Below the pieces are notes generated by a model, which saw only the letters and a program-made list of their open reading frames with translations, was not told where the DNA came from and ran no database searches. Below, one piece after another: positions 22,726-37,500 of a stretch of DNA of 64,000 nucleotides; within the stretch, counting starts at the first letter, position 1; each line of letters starts with the position of its first letter. The stretch lies in NCBI GenBank assembly GCA_040954595.2, contig CM082592.2:3054735-3118734 (forward strand), given 5' to 3'. This stretch comes from Balanoglossus misakiensis. Lineage: Eukaryota; Animalia; Hemichordata. A program made the translations under genes and the position numbers.

Positions 22726-25700
22726 TTGTTGAATTTCTCTGGTAAACAAATTAATTTATAGCTTTGCCATAAAATAATCTGAGAAAAAAAATTGTTCTGG
22801 CTCTTGCCCGGATCTTATTGTACCTTTGGATAAGCTTTAATGGTTATAGTATTCGGTATAAAACGTATTGTCATATTGTATAAATACACAGACTAGATTG
22901 GCGGTTCCGCCTTATTCGGCCCAATGACGAGATGTATTTGGTCATAAACTGCCACGCCTACTCATTGCATATTCATAAGTTCACGCTGTCAATAGAAAGC
23001 TCCGTGAGTTCCAGTGGCAGCAGTACCATTCCACCAGTATTCTAAATTCTCTCACAAAACTATCAGTTTAAAAAATTGTACGAACGTATAACAGGTATGT
23101 TCTTCGCTTGCTTCCCGCAAAACCCCCAGAAAGACTGCGCCTGTGGTTGACTTCATGCTTCGATTCAGCCCTTATGATCTACGTGAATAACAGAACATTT
23201 TTCTTCATTAAGGTATGTGCTTTTAATATTTCATACTACCATTATTTACAACCTAATAATAATTGTCAGCTTATGCGGTTGGCGTTTGCGTCTGTCAGAT
23301 TCTGCGGGATATTCTGTAAACGTTGTGTAAACGGTATTCGTTATGATGTATTTATGTCCACCTTTTTAATGTTTTCTTTTAAATGTGCAAATGGTCGTCA
23401 AGGAAATTTAACAGAGCGAATTAGGGTGTGCTGATCACAGGGCCAGTTTTGACGGACAGACAACTTTCAGTGAATACAATAAACTGGAGCTAAAATATTT
23501 ACTGGGCAGACATTTTCTTATTGCTTTCTTTACGTGAAGAATGGTTGTCAAACACTATCAACTGTCAAGTATACACGTACTTAAAATATTCCTTGCCCAC
23601 TATACCTCTGTTGCAATTTCACCGGTTGTCTTGGCGATACAACCGGACCGTAAAACTATATTCTCTTTTCACGAAACACGCCAGTGTTCAATCAATGTAT
23701 TTCCCCTAAACGGACTATTTTATTAGGACGCGAATGAGAGAAAATCATGGAATCTACATAAGAAAACAATACGGCAGGCTTAATTAGTGTGCAAGTTTTG
23801 ACCCCTGACTAGCGGTCTCATTTATTACTGACTAGCATTTTATTGAAATGAACATGCCTTTAATCTCGGAATACACGGGCTTGTATAGAATCACGGCCGC
23901 TCAGGTTCCTTTTCAGATTTTTATTAAACGTATACTAAGCATGTCGCTCACCCATAACGTCATAACTTGTTTCTATAACGTATATGTCAACTTGCGCAAA
24001 GTTTATCCTATTCAAGACGTTTTTTATCAATTTTTTCTCAATATGTCAAGGCCAGGGCGACCCAATTATGTTTAGATTCTCATTACAATTACAAAATTAA
24101 ACTATTTTCGACTGAACCTTAATTACTTAGCTAAACCATGCTTTCTCTAATGAAAGTTGGAGCGAGTCTATTCTAACAGGTAATCGATACTCCTGCTTCT
24201 CGTTCACATAGAGAGCCTATTCAATTATGGCTCCAAAATATATTTACATATTTAGATTTCAATGGATTTAATTTAAAATAACCTGCAATGGTCTAGTTTA
24301 CTTACATCATGTTGCTGTTTGAACATTGTTTTCGTTTTGTTTTGTATCAAAGTTTAAAAGATAAGCTAAACAACCTACAGGTCGTTTGGATAAACTATAT
24401 ATGTAGAAAGCTGATGGAAGGATGGGATTTTGTCTATTGAATGACATCCAATGAAATTCATTGGTCCATGGCTGACAAACCATGAACAGGTTTCAATCGA
24501 TCCAGAGAAGACAGATTCTTCTTGGTGTTGTTTGCAATGATGTCTAGTGCATCAATCAGTGTTTGGAGAATCCAGAGTAAGTCCAACCGCTGGTTTTGAA
24601 TATTCCATCAATTGCCTATAGAATAGAAAGAAATGTACGTTTGACATTACGCTTGTGTTCGTCAGGTTATATTCTCTAGCATGAATTCAAATCGTACACT
24701 CGTTCGGTTGTCAATGTCGCACCTGTAATGACATGTTTTAGCACACGACGGTAAAGGAAATCCGGTTTTCTTATAGAAAGCGAACCCATGAAAATAATGA
24801 ATGAGCAATTTTCGTGTTCGGTATTTTTTATTAATCTATTAAAGCTCACATCAATCCAATTTTTCCGTCCTCCCTCTGTTCAATGTATATGTGCTTGACG
24901 CAAGCACGAACCTTTGTGTTTGAGTTCTACCTCCGCCATATTCATCAGTAAATTACTGGTCTCTTTTCATGTCAATTACTACCGACTCCGTTGGAATCAA
25001 TTTAGTCGTTTTCTCACCAAACACCGCAGAATTCTACTATAGATTCGCTTCCCTTTGTTAACGCTTTAGTGTTGCGCTCAACCTTCACGTCAGTACCTAT
25101 GCCCCTACAACTCAGTTGCAATGTGCAAACATATTTTCACAGCCCTTGGGCACAGCCTCATATGTAAAAAAATACGAAATATGCTCTGCCATGATAATAA
25201 CACGTTTTCTCTGTGCAAAGGGTCATCCTTTAAATTGACTACTTGCAACCTAAGGTAGACGTATTTTTTCAGTTTCAAAGGATTGAGTGAATTAGTATAT
25301 GTTGGACAAAATATGCAGTTTTGCTCTATTGACATTTTGCTGGAGGAATCACACCACTTATCCCAAGTGGCGAGTATCTAGCGGGACTCACTCCAAATTT
25401 TACATATTTTTTCCACAATAAAATACTTCAAATATATTCCCTATCCTTTAAAATCCTCACCATTAAGCCATATTACTTGTATTTGCATCAGTTCGTCATC
25501 TCTCGATGGGTGACGTTGTTTAATGTCATGAATGCCGACGTTTAAAGTTATAGCTATTTTTATTATCGTAAAAGTTGATACCGAGTTGCAAGATAGAGTA
25601 GATTTGCATAACAGACATCCATTGAATATTCGGCATTACTTATGATTTTGAATGATTACTCACTAACATAGTAATAAATCGGATTGTCCTTTCTACAAAA

Positions 25701-28594
25701 TACGGAAAAGTGGAATGGTTATTGGATACACGAACCTGACGTAAAGATTCATATTATACAGTTCTATTAGAATATATTTTTTTTCTTTGAATTTCATAAG
25801 GCCTCTGTCACATTTTACGTAACAAATGGCGAACGTTGGCAAACTAATAACGCCAATGCATATTTTATGTAGCTAAGAAATGTGAAAATGCTTGCGACCA
25901 TACCAGAGCATGGCATACGTTTCCACGAAGGAAAGTGGCCCAGGCTTTGTTTACAATCCATGTATGAATATGAAACGTGTTACTTTCAGCGCGGTCGGGA
26001 AAAGCAGCCCTGAGTTCGTTTTAATAACTTCCATTAACTTTTGCGTTATTGAAACATTATTATCGCAGAGAATAAAACGTTTACAGTGCTCCATGCTATT
26101 AAGCAGAAATCTCGGTGAAATATTTCCCGCGGTGACTGACTCGTGGCAATGTAGTTCCCTGGTACATGTAATTACACTGACCGCCATGGTAATTGTTTTC
26201 ATCAGATGTGAACATGTCGTGTTTGAGAGAGCGCGGCGACTGGGTTGGTCCAGTACGCGTAGATTCTCCAGAATTTCAGAATCTGGCGAGCATGTTATTA
26301 ATTGCATAGGCAGATAGTTTAATACGTAAAAAGTACCATGCGCGACGAGCTGCTCAAACAAGTCCTCCAGATTACACACACACACACACACAAACAATTC
26401 TGGCCTCACTATTTAGCTACGATAAATTAAGTATGAATCATTAAAGTATAGGAAGATGAAAAAAGACGTATTATAATTCAGATACTTCAATGTTCAGATA
26501 CAGGGACGAAAAATTGTAAATGAATATAAATGAGTGAGCTGGTGTAGTGCGTGAGAGCTATCATTGTTCCAGTCGTTCACATCTATAGGTACATGTCTTT
26601 TGAGAGTTTGAAATCACCTGAACTTTACACGGTGTCTTCCCGAGGGTTTAATTCTATAATTACCGGTAAAATAACACATCCAGTGTAAATAGCGCCATGT
26701 AGCACTAATGGAAAACACACGTTGAATGGAATAGATGTACAACAACAGATTGTATACAAATTTGCATTGCTCCTTTCATTGCATCAATGAAGCGCGGGAG
26801 AATGGGGAATGTTAAATGGTGTAAAGATAGGCGGGCAATTTTAAATAAAGTACTTTCTCCATCGCCAATTGCGTTTTTGTCCCCGGACGATCGGTGGAGA
26901 TTAAATGAACACTGGTTGGCTAAACATTGTTGGTATAAATGGCGAAAGAATAAGTCGAATATAGCAGTACAGTATACAGTAGGGTTGATACAAGATTCTA
27001 GAGAGTAACGAAAATTGATAGCGGGATGCATAAAGTGATTTTACGTATTGGTTTGGGTGTGGCACAACCCTTTAAAGGGACAACACGTACATTCATTACG
27101 CGTTAATCAATACTGATTGTACCAGATGAGGTAAACCTTTATCCTGCAAGTCTGGGACCCCCATTTAAATCTACTATGTCAATGTCCGCCACTTTGAAAT
27201 TCTTTTGATCCTTGCTTTTTATTTCTTGATTATATTAATGGTTGTTTCTGCATCTGTTCACGCCAAGGCCTGGTCATTATGGTGAAATTGTGCCTGGCAT
27301 CATTCTAATGCACAAATTCTCTATGGTCGTTTGACATTATGATTTCGGCAAACGTGAAACTAAAACTGAAATAAGACACTTACTACAGTCAATGACGTTT
27401 GCAGTAACCTGAGTGAAGAGGCTTGTTCGTTGAAGAGCATTCTTAACAGTGGACATAATGCACAACGTGGATTTTAATCTCACTGATCCCCAAGTTAAAC
27501 CAAAATGTAACGGACACTTTCAGTAATTCTTTCCAATATCTTTCAGTAGATCCCTACATTTAAGAATTAATGTGTAGCCCAAGATAGCTTAGGAGTCTAT
27601 TTCACTTTATTAACAGTTTATTGAACCCCGGGCATTTGTATGAAAGTCTGATTTGTTGTGTGCAATAGTAGACCTTATCAATTTACTCCAATGAATAACC
27701 TCTAAGCTCGGCAACTAATTTCACTAGAGCTATTCAGAATTTGTTTTATGATATTAATATTCGCATATTTTCTTTCATTATGTCTTGCCACAGTTTCCAT
27801 GCAAACCGCAATTTCATATCCGCTTGGGAAACATTCCCCGAAGAGTAGACTCTGGATTTGATGTAGTTAAATTCCCACACAAGGTAGGAGTTTAATATTA
27901 GCATTTGATAGTGATTAAACCCCATAATCACATTTTCCATGTGGTCAAAATCCGGTCCGATAGTAAAATGTCCTATCTGTAAGAGAACGCAAGTCCGTAA
28001 GCCGCATACACCGGTAGCAACGACGTCAGTTTTGCAAGACTAATATAGAGCAAATGACGTCATTGTAAATAACAATTGGCAAGGAAATGTGCCTCGCTCG
28101 TTTTGGAATGATCGATCTACATGTAAATGGCTATAGGATTCAATCTTATGTTTTGCGTTACTTACACGAAATATATCATAAATCAAATTTTACAATGATG
28201 AATCCTTCACGGCACTGGCATGATGTATTGCGGAGCCCTCGGTTGTACGGTGGAAGGGCCTTTGTAAGGTCGGACCATTTCCGCCGTACAGCAGCGTGTA
28301 CACGGGTAAAGATTAAAGTGGAAGAAAATGCTCGTATTGCGCGTGCTCAAATGGTTTAATAAATGTTGTGGACGATTCATATCATATATCTTCTTCTACC
28401 AAAATTCCCGCGGTTTTCAGTTCATTAAACGTCTTTTCAACTTAGGTTATAATCTGCCATAATCGGCGTCTGCAAAGTCACAATTGTGAAGTGACCGTGG
28501 AAAAAACACCCAAATAAGATACTGATTGTTAAAAAACATTCATTTTCAGATCATATAACATAAACGTGTTTTCCATCGTGGTATCACATCAAAC

Positions 28595-31500
28595 ATGGAT
28601 ATATCGAGTTCACTGCTTATCTTTGTTATCCATTTATGGAAAATATCCTTGTGCCAAGGTAAGAATCCATTCATTATACCTACAGAACTATCAATATAAA
28701 GTGACTGTTAACCGGTAGTCCTGAGGGAGTGTTCAGACATAACTTCCGGGGCGGGAGGATTTTCCATTTTCTTGGTGATTTATTTCTATGCCCCCCAAAG
28801 TTACGACAAAAATTGATGGTCCCCCTTGGAGTTTACGATTTTTTTCCTTAGACCGCCCTCATATACACATCAAAAGATATTTCCCACAGATTTTGTTCAT
28901 TTTGCTTATAAAATGCGGAGACAGTCCAGTGGGAGCATTAGATATTTTCTATTTTCTCTGTTTTGTTTTGTTTTGTCCTTTAGACTTGGAACCAAATGCT
29001 CCTGAATTTGTTTATCCCGTCAATGCATCGCCAACATCATTAAAAATAGGATGGAGTGCAGTGTCGGGTGAAATCGAAGGATATGAAATATGTATTTCTC
29101 CATTTGTTGATTCTTCATGCAAAAGTGTCCAATTTCTTTCGAAGAAGCCAACACGGTACACAATCACTGGTTTGATACCCAGTACAAATTACCAAGTGGA
29201 CGTTGTCTCATGGGTAGACACTGTTCATGGCAAGTTAAGAAGTACACCAACTGGTGTCTTGATGACAACAGGTAATGTTATTTGGGCGGGGAGATAATGG
29301 TTTCTTTCATAATACAACCCTCAATTATTGATGACATATGTATGTCAGAGTGGTTGCTTCTTCCTTTGCATAAAGATTTTTTAAAGTAGTGCCATATAGG
29401 TCAGGTATTTTCTACTATTTTCAAAACGCCTGACATTTTTGCCAGATGCTTTATCATCGCTGGTTGTCTGTTGTGTTGTGTGCTATTTTGTGTTTGTCTT
29501 TGCACCTGGCCATGTAAGCATGATATTTGACCTATAGTTTATGAATAATGGGCATGATCACGATCATAGTAAAGACAGCACTCAGCTCATCCCACAATTA
29601 TGCAAAAGCTAACACATAAGTTATTTATTTCTTTAACACTTTAAGCTCTTTCTGAGATTAATAGACAAATTTAAATATGAGTTTGGACATCATTGATTGA
29701 AAAAATCGCAATGAGTATGGGAAGAAATAACACATCAACAATATCCATCGTACCATTATGTGTTCAGATTAAACTTTATTATTGGGGGGGGGGGGAAGAA
29801 AACTTGTATCCTGTGCCGTTTAATTTGTTGTTTTAATATAAGTCTGTACTTTGTTATTTACAGAGAATGGTGAAACAGATACTATGTATATAACAGATTT
29901 TACCAGTGACAGTATTACAATAGTATGGTCAAGTGGCGATTTTGGAACCAATTTTACCTACAAATTGTCGTGTAAATCTGACACTGGAACGAATTCAACA
30001 GTATTAAGGCATCCACTTGATGAGAGGAGATTTGTTTTTGAAGGGCTGACACCAGCAACTGGTCATAGTATCTCATTAAATGTACCAGGCACAGAAATGA
30101 ACGTGGTAAAACAACAAAGTACAAGTAAGCACCTTTTCAGACGTTCTTACTTATACATCAAATAGATTTGGGATACCAAATACTGGCAAATCACATATGA
30201 CATTGTGCTGCACATGCACTTTAACATGTTCTTACGGATTTCAGTTTTGTATATAAGACCAGTATAGTGTTATTGTATACCAAGTGTTCTGTAATAGGAA
30301 AAACATAATGTCACATACAATGTAGTTTTACATAGAGAAACTAGGCCGTATCTCAACACCCGTTATATTAACTTGTTGTACGATGATGTTGGAATCTGAA
30401 AACAATGTGATGTTAATTATCTATGGCTCAATATTTCAGGACCGCGCCAACCACGTCATATTTCTCTTCGATCTCCCAGTTCAACCAGTATTGATGTCAT
30501 CTGGCAAGCGCCGCAAGGTGAAATTGATAAGTACGAAATAGTGTACTACGCTAATGAGTGGTTGTTGCCAATGTCAGTTCAAGTTATGGACACTTCAGCT
30601 ACAGTTCACCTCACACTCAGAAATTTGTCAGCGTCTACAGTATACACTGTCTCTGTAGCAGCATTGGTCACACAGTACAATGACACTTTGTATAGTGTCT
30701 ATGTATCTGATTCTATAAGAACTGGTAAGTACAAATATACATCCTTTACATAGCACATATGTCCTTCCTTCATGTTTAATTTCTAATGTTCTAGCTTATT
30801 TTCATGTATTTAAACAGTGTTATGTTTGATGAACAAGGTCATTTTGTATCTGGAAGGAACAACTTATACTTGCAGCATTTTGAATTGTCGCTCATAGTTG
30901 GTGCGGTTTATATGCCGTTTTTATGTGCATAAAATGTATACCATTGGCAGAAATTAGTTAAACATTCTATATTCTGTTAGATAGTCATTTTTTTACATTT
31001 TGTTTGCTAAGCCACCCATTGATACCTAGTGAGGCATTTACAATTTATTACAGAAGACAACAGAGAAAATAATGAATGTTTTGGAATCTTAAATGGCCGC
31101 TGTGAGAATGGTGGTACCTGCACTGCCGTGAGTCAAAGTAGATTTACCTGCACATGTCCTCCTGAATGGCATGGTCAATTTTGTAATACAGGTAAGTTGT
31201 ACCTGTGTTTCATAGTACATGCACATGTAATTATTAATTATGTGGTGAGAAAAGTTCATACGATGTGTTTAAGATCATTTACGGTGGAGAATATACAGAG
31301 GAATTAGTAAAGTGAAACATTTAGAAAGAATACATGAAAACCCACATTTCAGGAGGCAGCAGCTATAAGTTTTTAACATTCTGAACAATATTTGTGCAAA
31401 TCAAAGTTGTATGAGATGATGTCTTTGGTGAATGTTGGCTCGATCATCTAACAACTAGAATGTTGACGAAGCCATATTAGGTCCTCATTTACGCATAATT

Positions 31501-34500
31501 ATGCAAAATTTAAAAAGATTTCACATTATTCACATTTGCTTCAATATTTAAATGAATACGTTTTATTTCAGTGAGTAATCCCTGCGTTGAAGATCCCTGT
31601 TTCAATAATGCCACGTGTGTTCGAATTATTGGTCCATATGGTGGAGATTTTCAATGCATTTGTCAGCCACGTTGGACGGGAGACAGATGTGAGACAGGTA
31701 CGAAATTTGCAGCTTGTAATCCAACGATACATTGACAATGTTACTGGTAGATTGTGTCTCAAATGGTGAATAGCGCTAATTACAATATTTTAACTCAATG
31801 TCTTCTCAGTGATCAGGGGCATTTCTGGTTCATGTTTCTAATTTTATAGGATCCAACAGATGGGTGCATATGATTACTTTCTCATTTATCTTGTGTTCTA
31901 CTTGTACATGAGATTTCCTTCTTTTAACAAACAACTTTCAAATGTATCTCGAAAAACTGGTGTTTGTTTGAACTTATTGTTGTACCAAGAAGTGCACTAG
32001 AAACATGCTTGCATGAGCGACCATAGCTCCATCCCCACTTCAAGTGATGGCAAAGTAAATTTTCACATGGAAGTTTCATATTCGCTTACCAAGGAGGTCA
32101 ATGATTAATACATTTTGTGATTGTGATTCTCGATGCACTTCACGGTCAGCATGCATGTTTACAATTGATTCTAAATCAAGGCGACAATTAAGACGACAAA
32201 TGAAATAAATTATGAAACGTGACTTTATTTCAGCTGTGAACGGTCCAGATTACTGTGCTTGGAACATCTGTGAAAATGGTGGTACATGTTATGGCGATGC
32301 AGTCAACTACTCTTGTGTGTGTAAACCAGGTTGGGCAGGAAAACAATGTCATTTAGGTAAAATGATATATAACGTTAGATTAAGACCATGTAAAGGTATG
32401 CCATGCCAAATTTTAGAATTGCTATATGCACATTGATACAAGGTGTGAGATTTATCTCCGTGTGACTCACATTTTGATGCGATGGATGAAATCAAGTCTT
32501 GGCATAAAATCTAGATGTATGATGCATTTTGTCTGCGCAATTGGCATAAAATGTAAATATGTGATCTCTTTTGTCTTTTGTATATTTTAGTACGTTGTGA
32601 AGGGGATTCTGATGTTCCATTAACAGATCGAGTTGGTATCATTAAATATCCAGATACCGGTACAACATATCAAGCAGACACATCATGCACATGGTTTATT
32701 TCTGCACCAGAGGGTAAGTTTTTCTTCAAGTACACGCAAATCCGTTTAAATAGAAATTTACATGCAATATGTCTTCAATATAATTAAAGGGGAAGTCTCG
32801 GGTCCAGCTGATTTCTACATAATTTGGTAGCTTTGAGGTCACTCTTTCAGAAAAAAAAAAACATATTCGCCGTGTATAAGTCGCGCTATTTTTAAAAAAA
32901 TCGAGGGAAAGTTGGCAGAATTTCCAATATGGCGTTTACTGTAATTCCAAAATTGAGGTAGTTGTAACTTATTTTTGGTAACGATCTATTCAATTGAATA
33001 TGATTTTTTTTCCAGAAATGATAATTGTTATGCATTTTGAGAGCTTTGAATTAGAGGACTGCAGCATAAACGAAATTCCCCAAGAATGTCGAAACGACTA
33101 TGTACGGATATTAGATGGTAGATCCATTACAAGTGATAGACCTTTGCTAAAACATTGTTCTGGCAGTATGCCACCACAATTGGTGAGTAAGTCACATCTT
33201 TCAATGTTTACATGTGAAATCATGCATATTCGATTATTGAAAAATTTGCAATGATTTTGTATAGTGTACTTCATAAATCGTTGAATTTCATGATAAATTT
33301 TCATCCCTGGAAATGTCAATGTCAACAAAAAACTGAAAGAACGAAATTAATTCAGAGAATTCTACATATGTGGTCTTTTGGACCATGCACATCTGTGCTG
33401 ATATACAACAGGTTTGGTTAAAGTATCATTTTCATCATTTGTTGCCCTTTTTCAAATTTAAAAAATCCCCTTACTAACTTAATATGACGATTTTACCTTT
33501 TGCAGGCAGTGACATCAACATCCAATGAAGTAACAATCGAGTTTGTGTCAGATAGCAGTGTCAACCTAAGCGGCTTCACCTTGTATTATGAAATGGTTCC
33601 TTCTCATTCGTGTCCTGCAGCTATTGGTTATAACCTGAACAATTATGAACTCAATGATTTTGGTGAATCTGGAATCTTCCTGGATGTCAACCTGGTATTC
33701 CCATGTTCTGGTGTTGTCTCGTCATGGGAAGTAATAATCCCTGATTCCTTGAATGGGGTTGGGAGCCTGACAGTCTTGATATTGCGTGAGTCAGAGCATG
33801 GATTCCGGGTCGTGAACTCAAGTGTTATTGATATCAGCGGAAGAGAAGAAGGTGAAAGCATAGTAACTGATTTGAAGGATAACACACTGTCCTTTCATAA
33901 GGGTGATTACATTGGTGAGAAGATTTGCTTGTATAATCTAATACTTGATATTGTTTTACGCGTGCATGTTTGGCATGTATTCTATGTGCCAAAAGATACA
34001 AACATGATAATTAATAATACTAGAGAGATCTTATGCAGTGCATATATCCACTCTTGGTGCTTTACAGTTATATGACAGAACTTCATGACCTCTGCGCGCG
34101 ATCTGTGCAATATGGATTTTATTTTCATGAGTGAGAAGGTGTATTCTTCCGAGTATTTTTACGAGCGATAGCGAGTAAAAATGCAGAAGAATACACCTTC
34201 TCACGAGTGAAAATAACATCCATATTGCACAGATCGCGCGCAGAGGTCATGAAGTTCTGTTAAATTTGCATATGTTTCCCCAGATTTGACGAAAATCAAA
34301 GTTTCGATCGTGGCGTATTGATTTTCATTACAGTGATGCGCCAAAGGCTATGCAACCCAGAGAAGGCCGCTCATTGGCCAAAATGACGCAACCTTTGTTA
34401 TGCAAAGAAGGGTCATGTGGGGTCATTCCAACAGTGGGTTACCTGAGGTCCTGAGAACGCAGCGATAAAGTTTGAAACACTGGCGATAGCGAGAGATTTT

Positions 34501-37500
34501 CGTAATTTTCGAGGTTCCAAAACACACTGACAACTAAATGTTCTGTTATTCTGACGATAGTTGGGAAGGATAATAAAACAACGTGCCAGAATGTTGAAAA
34601 ATCCGCATGTTTCGGCGATCATGTTGGCTCATTTCATCGGTGGTTTAGCTCAGGTCGCAAGATAGCATCGGCAATATTTGAGAAACTGGCGATAGCGAGG
34701 GATATTCCGAGGTTCCCAAACATACTGCCAGTTAATGTTTTGTTATTCTGACAAACTTTGGGAAGGATAAGACAATGACGTCTCCGAATGTTGAAAATTC
34801 CCCACGTTTCGGCGATCATACTCCAGCTCTGCCGACCGCGTTCAATGTTTACAAACAAAACGTAGTCCGGCTTGTTTTTACTCATTTGCATATGGGTTGT
34901 GAAAAATACCACTTTGTCACACGCACAACTAAAACAACAATCGGCTTTTTTGCGACTGAAATAAAACTTTTGTTATATCCTCCGGAGGTTTATATGAACT
35001 CCAAGTGATTGTCTAACAGAACGAGGGTTAAACTTTGAAAGATACGATCGATTGAAGGGGAAATGGGGGATCTTATTCTTCTGGATGCTCATTTGCATAT
35101 GAGCTCGCAAAAATACCAGAATTATTATTGCACGGCCCGCTTGGAATACTGTGGTACATATGCAATAATTAGTATTACAGAAATGTGATGTGACGTTACG
35201 AGTTCACATTCGCATAAAATGTGCAACCGACCCTGTATAATGTCCCAACACAGACTATATGCGGACAACTGGCCATCGCAAAATAGAGTATATATACATA
35301 GTAATGGCATGTAATGCCGAGGTGAGGGGATGATGCTCAATTATATACAAACATCACCGGTAAACGAAATTTCATTTTTGCGTTTCTAATTTATTATTCA
35401 GGATGGTATTGTGAAACAAACTGTCCTCTTAAAAGTGTCAACTTAGAATGTCCAAGTATTCCCAATTTACGGAAAATACCATATGAACACATTGAAGATA
35501 ACAAAGTATTATCCTTCAAAGATGCCCCTGCAAGGGCAGTTGCGGTCAGTATTACTGCTAATCTACAACCAGGTATGTTACCATTAATGTTAACATTACA
35601 TAAAACAACTAAAATACCAGCTTGTATATGCTTTCCTCAAATAGCTATAAGAGCAACTATTTTGGTTTTATTTTAAGAAAAGGGATAAAATTGTATGTTA
35701 AAGGGACAATCTCTCTCTCTCACTGCCCATTTTCATTAATTATGTTTGACACAAGACACCGTTTATGTTATTCTGCATGTGGATATATAGTGAATCAACG
35801 TTCGACCACCTCAACTTCCATCCCACTTGTAGATATGAGAGTGAAAAACTCGCCAAAATGAATAATCGGTGTTTACCGTTTATTCAGTGCCTTGTACCAA
35901 ACAGAATTAATGGGACAGGGGCAGCGAGAGAGACACTTTGTCCCTTTAACCTGGCATCGTATCGTATTACATTCGTGTTTTGTCTTATTTTTCCAGATTG
36001 TATAGAAGATTTCCAACAAGATTTCGGATGTGAAATGCAACAAATACTGAATGATCCCGGATGTGTTGATTATTTTTCGTCATATACGTATCCAAGTTTT
36101 TATCCTACAAATCTGGAATGTTCTTGGGAATTAACAGTTCCACAAGAAGAATTTGTTGTGCTTTCTATAGTCAATTTTGATGTTGATCCCAAGAAAACAA
36201 ATGGTATGTGTGATGATTTTCTACTCATTACCGAAGGTAAGCCGTCAAATTCCTTTTTTTTCAAATCTCAATAGCTGCATAAGTGATCAATAGAGACAAA
36301 CGTACGACTTATAGGCAAGCCAGGGTGTTATCAACGAAGAACGCGTGTTTTGAAGGGATTCAAGCAATAGGACGTGACTATCTAGCAAACCGCTTCGATG
36401 AAAATGATGATTTCATTTATTATAAGAACTATAAATTATGATATTTGATAAGAATTATAGACTTAAATGCATACTCAAATGACCACCGCTTTTTTACAAT
36501 ATTGAGAAACGTATATTTTTCTATGCAGACATCGATGGTGCGTTTGCTAATATTGGCAGATACTGTGGCAGCGAAGCACCATCCCAGATAATTGGTCGAA
36601 GCAACAGAATGTTCATCGAATTCTCATCTGATGCATTACCAAGTGACAACAAAGGATTCTTTGCAACATTTACATCATGTGGTAAGTTACAATAACGAGT
36701 GCTTAGCACGACCAAATCCCAAACAGTACATTGTTGATGTTTTTTTTTATCGTCTCTCAAACTGTGTATGGTACGGAATGAACGTATTAAAATCTTTCAT
36801 CAGATCTAACTGTGTGTAATGAAAGTTTTTTTCGAACGTATAATGTACAATTCAATATTTGATTGTTTTTTTAATGTGTTGTAATGTTTTTATACTTTTT
36901 ATACTGTATGTTGTACCCATCATTTACAGGTTGTGGGTGTACACTGACAGCAGATTCGGGAATCTTTCAGTCTCCAAAAGATAACAACAACACTAGGAGT
37001 GGCACCTCGTGTACATGGATTCTTATGGTTGGAAATAACAAATACGTCCAACTCCAATTTCTTGAACTTTTCATTGGGAATAGTAGTTACATTGAACTAA
37101 TGGATTACGACAACAATAAATCATTGGCGATGCTACGTAGCAGTGATTCTGGACTTCTGAACAACACCTATCAGTCGTCATCTAAGTCTTTAATCGTAAC
37201 ATTCTACAGTAATTGTGGCTTCCATATTGAAAATTTCACTGCCAAATATACATCAGTGGACATACCAACATCAGGTAAATGGCAAATGTATTTATAATGT
37301 GTTCAAACAGGTTAGTGTAACGTATACCACGTATGATAATTTTATAAATGTCAGATAAAAGTACAAATTCGATTTCAGTGAAAATGCTGCAATCATACAA
37401 ATCCATAATCCAAAGATCATGCTGTAAGTGACAAATCATCTATAAACCACTTGTCACATTGATTTCAAATTAGAATGCGAACTTGTCTACCAGCTCTCGA

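Noticed and set aside
22730-28550. Short ORFs (e.g. 25892..26317, 25951..26409, 26705..27031) and a possible 5' UTR exon of the GPCR near 23000-23212
   Set aside because: No domain motifs or coherent exon chain. A UTR exon cannot be established without transcripts.
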